From assembly GCA_012295275.1 (NCBI GenBank), contig CM022668.1, positions 3,286,001-3,350,000 on the forward strand: DNA of 64,000 bases. Direction: 5' to 3'. Below the pieces are notes generated by a model, which saw only the letters and a list, made by a program, of their open reading frames with translations, was not told the origin of the DNA and made no database searches. Origin of the DNA: Chrysomallon squamiferum. Its lineage: Eukaryota > Animalia > Mollusca. Below are positions 30,190-44,500 of the stretch, one piece after another. The stretch's first letter is position 1; every line of letters begins with the position of its first letter. A program made the position numbers and the translations under genes.

Positions 30190-31090
30190 AAATCCCACAG
30201 TTTAAATATCTGGCAATAATAATCATAAAGAAAACACTTAAATATAAAAGTTTTCATTCAATATACTATAAACATTCAGTAAACGTTCAAAATGATTCTG
30301 AAGGACTTCACCAAATTTTTATTTTAGGTTATTTTATTTTATTTATTTTCAGCGAAATAAACCCATCCTAATGTTTGTTATATGTTTGCTCTCCATCAAA
30401 ATTGTTAGAATATACGGATAGATATAAAATACAAACATTTTTTCTTATTTAAAATTAACGAACGTACAAAACAGAACAAGGGTTACGGATTTTGTCTAAA
30501 TATAAAATATTTGTAAATTCTATCTTTATTTCTAGGAATACAGATTATTTATATCTCTGGCCTTTATAGTTATACGGAACCTGTCAACGCTGATAACAAA
30601 GAATTACAACAAAATAACACTGTTACAAAACATTAGAATATGAACATATGACGTCACTGCATGCGTATTGAATGACAGAAATTGTTTTCTAATTTTCTCT
30701 ACATTACGCGGAATGTGTTGAGGAGTTATTCACGTCTATACACCAAAACATCACGAATATTTAAATTAAGAGTTAATTCATGTTATGTAACATACAAAAA
30801 TGGACAGTTCAAAACCATAAGTGCGTGTCCTTTTTGTATTTTATATTTTTTTCTGGAGTCGTGACGTCATCGCGTGTATTGCGGACTGATTTGCTTTAAC
30901 GTGTTTTTTCACGTATAGTCATAGAAATACTACTGTAAGTCCATTACGTACGTCATTATATTACGTTGAAATGTTTCATAAACAAAAAGTAAATAATAAT
31001 TCTAAACATTCTTCTTTTTCTTCTTCTCCTTCTTCTTCTTCTTCTTGTTCTTATTATCATCATCATCATCATCATCATCATCAATCATAA

Positions 31091-31130
<40 letters not shown>

Positions 31131-31963
31131 CATCATCAATATTTTGATTATTATTTAAGCACCCCTTCAAACAAAATCAATTAGGATATTAGCAGGGATT
31201 TCTGTAGAAATCAATAACTACACATTTAAGTAACTAGCATCGTATGTTACTTGGTTAAACCGTTTAGTAACATATAGATCTATATATATATTTGTACGTA
31301 TGTACATGCATACAATCATATATATTACAAAGACAGTTAAATTTCAGATGGTTGAAATAACCTACATTGGTGTTTAGGATGCAATGTGTGGTTTTAACAG
31401 ACTGACAAACACTCAGACATGATGACACATACACACGTATGTCAAGAAGGAACTAGAAAAGTTACATCATCCTTCATGCACGTTCTCCTAGCTCGATAAT
31501 ATGTGTTACGGACTTTGTCAAATTTAAAAGTTTTACTTCACTGGTAGGATCCAATGATTTAATAAGATAGTTTATATCTCCAACATTTCGTTAGTAACGG
31601 TGGCGACCGCTAGAGGCGCTCGTTGTCATTTTTCTCAGTGTTCTCTCTTTTCATTTGGCGAATTCCCTACTTTAAAATGTTATGCTGATGTACACACTGT
31701 TTAAAAGGAGAAACAGATCAAATAATAATTCCTTTGTTTTCCTTTTTTTTTCTTGTGAAAATGCGAAAACAAAACGAAACAGAGAAATAGATACTGTGAT
31801 AAAAAAATCCTTAAAAAATGTATTACTCAGAATAGATTACTTAATCGGAACATTTAGATCTGCCTTCTTTCATATTCTGTCTTGTGTTTGATAAACAGCT
31901 ATACTAGACAACAGGTCAGGAAAGAAAATCTGCATAATCGTCAGTAGAATGACAAGTAAATTA

Positions 31964-31998
<35 letters not shown>

Positions 31999-33126
31999 AC
32001 TAGAAAGCCAAATCACATTCAAGCCATTTTATGAGTGCAATTTAAATGAGTTAAAGGGGGGCAACTCTTTTTGGAACTCTCTCGGTTTCTTGGACTTGAG
32101 AACGATTCTGAAGAACTAGACGATATTTTTTATTTATTATTTTATTTTATTTTATTTTTATTGTTATTATCATTTTAATTTTATTTGTTTACTTATCTGG
32201 CGCGAAATAAACCTCTCCTAATTCGTGTCACGTGTTTACTTGTCACCGAAACTGGTAGAATTAACGGACACTAATTAATTAGAAACATTTTTATTTTTTT
32301 AAAGAAAAAAGAATGTCACAATAAATATAACGAAGGTAAAGAAAGGACAGGAAAAATTACTTTCTTCAAGCACGCTCTGCTAGTTCGATACCACGTGTTA
32401 CAGATTTTCTCAAATGTATAATGTATATTAGTTTTTATTACTAGCAGTAAAACGTATTTATATCTATAAACTTTTGTTGTTCAACAAAGTATCACAGTAA
32501 AATTACATGTATAAAACATTAGAATAAAACCCTTTACGACTGGCCTCGACGTATTTATATCTGACTATAATGACACATTTATTTATTTATGTATTTAATT
32601 AGTTAGTTAGTTTAGATTAATTTACTTTAGTTTATTAGTCATTATTTTAGAGCAAATTAATCAGCCATGTAACATCGCATAGTTTCTGAAAATGAAGGAG
32701 ATGGTCGACATAGCGTAAATTAATCCTTTGAAAAATAATGTCTGACGAAAAAGGCCAGCCAAAAAGATTGTAAACCCAAACTTAATCCAGCCACTGAGTC
32801 ATATGGAAAGAATTCCCAATTAGTTTTACCCCTCTTTAAAGTATTTTAAACTTGTGTATCAATCCATCCATCTACCTGTCAATTTATCTATGTTTCAAAA
32901 GACTCATAATAACCTGTGATTCCTCATACAGTTACATTATAATCATAAATACAGTGGAATGAAATTAAATTGGTAGGAATAACAGATATTGTTGCTCAGC
33001 ATGCTATGGTTTGAAGTCTCAATGACACAGAGACATGCAGACACACAAACATACTTTCACATTCAATATAATTAAGAAAAACAAAACAAATATATTGCAG
33101 CTGACAACACTTTATTCAAATCATGA

Positions 33127-36030
<2,904 letters not shown>

Positions 36031-36149
36031 TTCGTCTACAACAAAAACCATTGTTTCAATCTTTGCGGAAACTAACACCTAATATATATTTATCTGTATC
36101 CAGAGAGAAGAACACAGCTGACTTTAACAACTTAGAAGTATGAATATAT

Positions 36150-36244
<95 letters not shown>

Positions 36245-36503
36245 CATATATTTACTTACATATACACACACTTCGAAAGTTGGAAAAGCCATCTGTGTTC
36301 TATATTAACTGCGGTATGAGTCACAGAATGACAGATAGTTATTCCATTTAGTTGTAGTAATAGCAATATAGCAACACCCATTTTATACTAACACAGATAT
36401 CTACACAAACGCAACGATTAAAAAATGGATAAAAACTGACGATGGTCATTTCTGGAGAAACATGCACTTGCTGAAAAGTTTATAGAAATCGTCTGTTTAA
36501 TCG

Positions 36504-36541
<38 letters not shown>

Positions 36542-36879
36542 GCTTACAAAAAAGAAACGCAATATGGTTGATTTGTTAGATAACTGTTTTAAACCGACAC
36601 ATATCAATGTACGAACTATGAATATAATGACATTTGCTGATTCAAACGTATAGCTTTTGTTACAGTCACCAAGAAGCAGGAAACACAAAATAAAGGCTAT
36701 GATGGTGTTTATCAGCCAAAACGTCCTGACATGCAAACCTGGTTACCAGTGCATGTGCACGTGAGGCACAAGAAACTTGAATATGAGGGTTATAAAAATG
36801 CAAGGTTTTCGAAAATTTCTGTTCGTTATTTTTGTTCTGATCCAACATCAAACAAATGCCGCAACGAAACAACGCCATC

Positions 36880-37079
36880 NNNNNNNNNNNNNNNNNNNNN
36901 NNNNNNNNNNNNNNNNNNNNNNNNNNNNNNNNNNNNNNNNNNNNNNNNNNNNNNNNNNNNNNNNNNNNNNNNNNNNNNNNNNNNNNNNNNNNNNNNNNNN
37001 NNNNNNNNNNNNNNNNNNNNNNNNNNNNNNNNNNNNNNNNNNNNNNNNNNNNNNNNNNNNNNNNNNNNNNNNNNNNNNN
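36880..37079. other. Assembly gap (200 N, probably an unsized scaffold join)
   Basis: Round-number N run. Confidence 0.98.
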
Positions 37080-37887
37080 CTGTTTCTTAATTTTGAGGCT
37101 AATTTGTTGTTTATCAAAAATGTTTTTATTACTTACTGACTTTGTCTAGATATTCAAAAACAGGTTTCAGAGTAAACAATAGTATTTTAAATCTGTAATT
37201 ATTATCTCAGAAATCTTAAATATTAGTTTAGTCATTTTTGTAAAATTATTTCTTTTCCTTTTTTCTTTATGAAACTTATTGTAAAATGAGTAGGATTCAA
37301 ACTCAATACATCCTAAACTCATTACAAACTGCTATATGAAAATTTAAATTGAAAAATAAACCTTCCTATTTAAACTTTTTATTTTTATTATTATTATTAC
37401 TTCTTTCTTTTTTTTAATTTATTTATTTTTCTTTTTTTTTTTATAGACAAAACACTACGTATAATTTACTCAGTTACTGTATCAGACCAGAAATTTATTC
37501 AAAATTCAAATTGTCACTTTTAGAATACAACCTCCAGTTAGGTTTGAAGATAAAACTATAATATAATCTGTTGCTTTTGATTTACACATTAGGCTACATT
37601 TATATTTCTCATCGATCTGAAGTTAGTGCCACCAACATTTAGTGCAAAATCAATAAAAATAATAACAGAAGATCCTAATAATAACTAAAACAATAGAAGA
37701 TCCTAATAATAATAATAATAATAGGAGATCAGTTTCTCTTATATTCTAGGTATGGGATCGCAAGAAGAGGACAGTTTGGGTGGGGTTTTCACAATGGCTG
37801 TCTGGGACTGGTGGTTAGCCACTATGTACACTCTGGTATCATGCGTTAGCCCGGCGAAGGGCAGCGCCATGCTAGCGTGATGGATAC

Positions 37888-37963
37888 CTCTTGTTCACTG
37901 ATTTCTAGAGATTTCATATTGTTGCCAACAACTTTCAGCTCTTCTTCCAGCTCAAGGATTTTC
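37888..37963 (-). CDS. Tm: Tropomyosin exon 6c (canonical muscle type) [25 protein letters not shown]
   Basis: 76 nt, tttcag|…|gtatcc. Confidence 0.95.
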
Positions 37964-40900
37964 CTGAAATAGCAGATGTCAACATTAGATAATGAACTGT
38001 AGACAACCCCAGCTCGTTCTTACCTGATCGATTTGGATCACAATGGTTTTGAGATTGTTACCCACTATGTGCAGCTCTTCGTCAAGGTCAAAAATTTTGC
38101 TGGAACGGGATAAAAAAGGGGAAATTACTCTGAGTGTTAGCGAGAGCAGTGTAAGTGTTTGAACGCACGACCAAAAAATGGACGGACGAACATGGGGACA
38201 GATGTACAGATGGGCGCAGACCAGCCACATGCGACCAGTGAAGACTCACTCAGCGGGCAACACTCAAACCTGTCCAATCAACACAGCGGTGGCGAGCCAG
38301 GGTGGAATACAGTCGTAATACATGTTATAACAACCCCACCGCTCCTGTCCCTATACAACAAGATAAAGTACAATACTGGCACACATCTCTGCAGACAACA
38401 AATATTGACATAGTCTCCATTTTTTTATATCGGCTGGCTTGACTTTTAATACATAATTTGTATTATTTTTTAAAAAACATTTGTTTCCTGTTAGTTTTTC
38501 TTTTATCAAAAATGATTATCAAGCCAAAAATGAAGAAGAAAAGAAGCAATGTTGTTGTCATATTCCCATTGTGATACAAACAGTGACATGAGCTGTATAG
38601 GGACTTGCGGCAGGGAAATAAAATGCAGTAGTAAATATACCAACAAGGCAAGGCAGAATGCAGGTAGCTTACCTTTACTTCATTCACTTCTAATGACTTT
38701 AGGCTACTCGTTAGTGAACAACATTCATCTTCATAATGCTTGTATTTCCTGCAAAACGGCAAACAGCAAACACACACATAACACAACATGCAGCCTAGCT
38801 AGGAAAAAAAATCTAACATTCCAACACCAAACTATCTTTATTTATTCATTTAAAAATCTGCCCATTTTTTATCAACTGTAAAATCAATCAGTACTGAAAC
38901 TTATACTGCAACTATTAAATTACCTAGTTGTCAACTGTTTCATAAATAAATATATATTTTGAAAAATAAAAATAAACATTTCATTTCTCTGTTCAAAATT
39001 ATTAGAATTATTTCAACATTTCTTTTTAAAAAAAGATGCTTGGTTTATTGGAATGTTTAAACTGTTCTGCATTCAGTGTTAGAAATGTGTAACAAAATAA
39101 AAAATAAAGACAAGATAAAAATGTGCAATACAAAAATCTTGAAAACCAATTATAGATATTTTATATGTATTATGAAAAATAAATAATAAATTTATAATAA
39201 AAAAATATTCAGTTGATTTTTGGTTTGTATGATTTTTTTTTAATTTTATATTTTGATCTAACTTGGTTTAAAAATGACTTTATATATAATTAATTTCATT
39301 ACTTTTGTAATACAAAAACCTATATAAAATACTTTTCAGTTATCAAACTGAAATTTTGGATTACACAAATTAAATTGAAGTTTTACTGATTTCGATTATA
39401 TATTAAATATTTTTATACACAATGCACAATATAAATAAATATGTATAATGATTATTTCAGTGTTATGTCACTGATAATTGATGAATATATTTCAAAATTA
39501 AACCAATAAGTACATATTATTGTCATTATTTAACATTTAGTCACTTTATATATATTACAAACACGCAAACAAACAAGCAAACAAAAATTACTAAAAATAA
39601 AAATAAATAAATAAATAATAATAATAATAATAATAAAAATTATATTTTCAAAAAGAAACTCACAATTTCATGCTATGCAACAGCAATAGTATGAAATAAA
39701 ATGGTACCAAACAATATAAAGATGTTTTCAAATATTAAAAAAGAAAATATCAGACAGTTTCAACATAACAGAAAATCAAAGTCAAGAGATTATGAGAAAC
39801 AGAGTTTAGTAAATTCATAAAATGAAAATTTTAATTATTTTCACAATATTCACTTGCATTTGAAAAAACAAAAACAAAAGATAAATTAATAATAATAATA
39901 ATGATTTATTTACATAAAATGGCAACAATAATTTAAAATCTTTTTTTTTTTCTGTTTTTTTTTGGGGGGGAATACCCCTTTCCCCTTTTAGTTAATACAC
40001 TTTCAAACAAGGTTCACAGCAAAGTTCAGTGATAAAGAAATGACAAGAAGAAATATACAATTACCACACAAAAGAGGGTTAAGATTAGCCATTAAGCTGT
40101 TTGTAACTAAATCTACTTAAAGCAACATTTAACATCTTATACACACAAGAAATAATATTTATTTATTTAATTACTTATTTATTTATTTATTTATTTATGT
40201 AACTATTATTATTATTAAATGCAAAAATTTTCCTTTACAAAATAAATATGTATTGTTTTTCCTTGTATTACACATTTTTGTCAAAGGCAGAATTAGAAAT
40301 ATAAATCTAAAATTAATTAAATGTTACACATAAAACTTAGATTATATCCTGTGTGCATAGACAGTACAAATATTAGACACACTTGAGGCTATAAACATGT
40401 GGCATGCAGTTCTGAAGGAAATTTATTTTAAAACTGACTTCTTTATGTTGTCAATAACATGAAATAACATGTTTTCAGAATAAATGAAATAAGAAATTAG
40501 ATGAATCATTCCAATGATGGATAGATCATGCAGTTAGTACAGAATTAAAAATATATTTTTACTTTTATCAATCAAGAAATACAACAATATAGTCATTAAG
40601 AAGTAGCACTGGAATTTTTTTTTTTTAACTGTCTGCATCAACATGTCTATGCGAGTATCAACCCATCCATTAAATAAATTTTGGTAATTTTCTATAACAC
40701 TGAATTGTTAAAAAGTTTAAATTTCAATTTCTTTTTTATATCATTTGCAATATATATATATATATATATATTTTTTAATTAGTTTCTCTTTACATTTCAG
40801 AAAGTAATCATTTTAAAAAAATACATTAAAAACAAAACTTTTTTCAAAAATTAATTTAGTTATCAAATGGGTTGGCACAATGCTGCACAAAGAAGACGTC

Positions 40901-41471
40901 AATGGCATATTTTCTGTGCAAAGAATTAAGAAAACTGTTTATAAATGAAAATAAGAAGCCCAGTGACAAATAAGGCTGCACAGGCCGACATTATGCCGGA
41001 CTCACTTATACAGCTCCTCAGCTCTTTCTTCTTGCCGTTCAAGTTCGGCCTCAGTAATGGCAAGTTTTCTGGCTACCTGAGAAATACAAGACATTGGTCG
41101 AGTCAAAATAACACCTAGAAAAGGCAGCAAGATAAAGTACTTACGCTTCAGCAGCCTCCAATCTGGCCTCAGCACGCTCCAAGTCCACTTCTGTGATAGC
41201 TAGCTTACGGGCAGCCTGAATGTAGAGATGTCATAAATAAAAATTTTTGTTAAATTCTTTATAAATTTAAAAAATCTATGGATTTGTTTTTTTAAACTTT
41301 TCTTCTTTTTTTTTTTTAAATAAAAAATTACAAAATCCTTGTAAAATAGAAGTCAATTTTATATACTGAACAAATTTAGTTTAATTGTTAAATTAATATA
41401 GATTTTTGTTTTTTTTAAATTTATAGAATATAAATAAATAAAAACAATTTCAACAAAATGTTCCAGTTACA

Positions 41472-41519
<48 letters not shown>

Positions 41520-44500
41520 CACACACATATTATAATTAACTGGACTAAATAATACTAAAGGTTGGGTACACAAACATGCATATTAACAGAACATTTTTTA
41601 CATGTACAAATGATGCATCCAAAAATTAGTTTTTTATAATTTATTTTAATTCTACTATTGGAAATATTTTTTTTTTTTTTTTTATACTAGAAGTTTTACA
41701 TTGTTTTTAACATGTATTAACTTACTTATTGGTTTTATGTTTCTCAAAAAAAATTCTCTGACTGTCCTAGTCTATTAAATATTTTGGAAACTCCACAATG
41801 CAAATAATTAAAGGGATGTTCAACTTTTACACAGTGAATACTTGAAAATGATGAACACCAGTTCACTGTGCATAAATGTACAATGGACACACATCTCTAA
41901 ATTTTAGAAATAATTTTCAGACTGTTATATCCTACAATATGGTGTATTAATTTACATAAAACATGGAAATGTTTTTAAAACTGAAATAAATAAATAAAAT
42001 TTTGAAAAAATAACATTATCTACATTGTAAAGCTTTAAGCTTATTTCTGAAGTATGAAGGACAAGATATATTGAGACAGTTATTTGTATTAGTGTGTATG
42101 TAGTCACATATGACATTTAGCTTCAGCTGGCTGGTTTCTAAACACAACTTAACCTACTTTCTAGCCATACTCAAACATCAGCTGTTTAACAGCTCAAAAT
42201 AGATTTAAATTTGAGTTTAGCTTTACTTGATCAGTTTAGAACTCTTGTACATGAAAAAGGTAACAAAAGCAAAATGGAAGTGTGCCATTTCTAACAATCT
42301 ATATGTAATACTTGTTCATTATTATTTAACATCAAAAATAAATCTGTATGTTATTAATAAAATAGAAAAGGCTATCTTTTTACTCATCTTTACATTAGCT
42401 GATCAAGCTGTTTTAAATTAAAAATTTTATTTAAAAACACCATGCTTATTATTTTCCATTATTTATGGGGGGGTTTTTTTGTTTGGTTTTTTATTATTTA
42501 TTATTATGATTATTATACTGAACATATTATCTTTTTTGTTTTTGTTTATAATTTTAAATAATTTGAAATTGAAATTTCAATGACCTGCAGAAACCTACAA
42601 GGTCACTTTGGTGTTAAGTCTAACAAAGTGTAAGTACTCAAACTACTCATCTCCATGACAACATCCCCGGATAGGGCGGATTTGGATTTGGATTTGCCAC
42701 GGAAACCAGCTTTAATTACAGGAAGTGACACATTCTTAAACAAGGCAAAGTCATGTCACTGAGATATTTCAAAATATTCAACTGTTTCGAGCATACTTAC
42801 ATGTGTATGTACATATGTGAGAATATATATATTCATTTTTAAAAATCTGCATTGATAAAACACAAATACCTGCATCAGTTATTAGAATTATTCAAACACA
42901 ATTGTGTATGACACAAATATTTCAAAATGCAAGAAATAAAATGCAAAACCATTATTAAAAAGTTGACAAAACAGTTGTTTGTGCTCAATGCATGTATATT
43001 TTTGTATTTCTGTTTTTTGAAGAACATACATATCTTTTTTGTTTTTGTATCAATCAAATAAGAAAAACAAATTTGTTATTTAATTATATTTTCTTTTGGT
43101 TGTTTCAAATATTTTGAAGCTGTTATATATAAAAACTGTTTTATCATTATCAAGTCTACAATGCAAAATTCTGTACACATAAAGCTGATGATGCAATCAC
43201 CTGAAAAATAACAATTTGTTTAGTATGAAGATACATATAATTGTAGTCATTTTTCCTGTGCTTAACTCTCACATGTTCATTTTTATTTCATTAGGAATTT
43301 GAGATAGTTTTCGTAGATACAATATTTTTATATTTCTTCAATATCTCAACAGAACAGGATGAATTGGTTGAGACTGAAGTATGAGAGAATTAAACACAAG
43401 GTAATTTGACGCTAGTAAAAAATTCAACGAGCACTAAACTATTGAATAAAGAGATACACAAACAACTTGGTGGAAACCAGATCACTTCATAATTTACATT
43501 TATTTATTTTCTATTATTTATATAAAAATGTTTGCAGATATTATGAAAAATAATAATAAAATAAATAATTTCTGAATGCTTTTTCTTAATCAGTAAGTGG
43601 AAAGAAATAGAAATGATCTGTTTTGTTATTAGTAAAGATATAGAAATCAAGGATCATCTACAAATATAAAATACAGTCACATACAATAATTCACTAATCA
43701 TTCCAACTGCAGCACTGAGCTGAATGAGAATAAATTAACGACTTTATTTATTTTAATTAGTTAATTTATTAATTATCCAACAACTACAAGTGTGTGGTGT
43801 ATTAAGAAAGCCAATTTATGTAAAATGGTTAATTTCTGAAGAAAAAAATTAATTAATATTTCAAATCACTATCCAAATTCTACAAGCCAGAATTTAAATG
43901 AAACAAAATCAAATCAAATAAATAAATAAGTAAAGTTGATATCTTCTTGTCTCTCTTCAGTGACGGAGATCAAAATAAATGCTAACTGGAAAGCCAGTTT
44001 GTTGTTGTGTAGGTGAAAGGAAGGGAGGGTTAAAGTATGTGCTAATGACTTGAACCAAATAAAAAATGAATTTGGAATGGGATATTGATGTGTGGCTACC
44101 ACTGTCACATTACAAAGATGAATATAACATGTATAACTTGTAACTATTTTCTTTCTCCAGTGCTGATTCTATTTTTTGAATTATTTTGTTTTCAGTGCAA
44201 AACCGGAATGTTAGTAAAACAAGGGAAAGAAGGTTGAAGGTTGTTCTTATGTTGTTGTTTCATTTGTTTTCTTACTTTTTTTTTTCTTTTTTTTACATTT
44301 GCTTTTTACTTTTTTGGAAAGTAAAGAAATGTTGCAGTAATAAACTTTCATGATATTTTTAATTTTACCTTTATGATTAGAAATGGCTAAAGGTGTAAAT
44401 TACTGTAATAAATTAAAACAATGTAAATATCAAATACATAAACAAAATTATTTAAAATTTGGATGCCAATTTGCCAAGTAATAAAAATATTATTATAATT

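Noticed and set aside
36731-37149. ORFs spanning the N run
   Set aside because: Artefacts of the assembly gap.
37755-37785. Plus-strand GSQEEDSL resembling tropomyosin exon 7 (ASQREDSY)
   Set aside because: Wrong strand, the similarity ends after 7 residues, and the sequence is better explained as the docking element.
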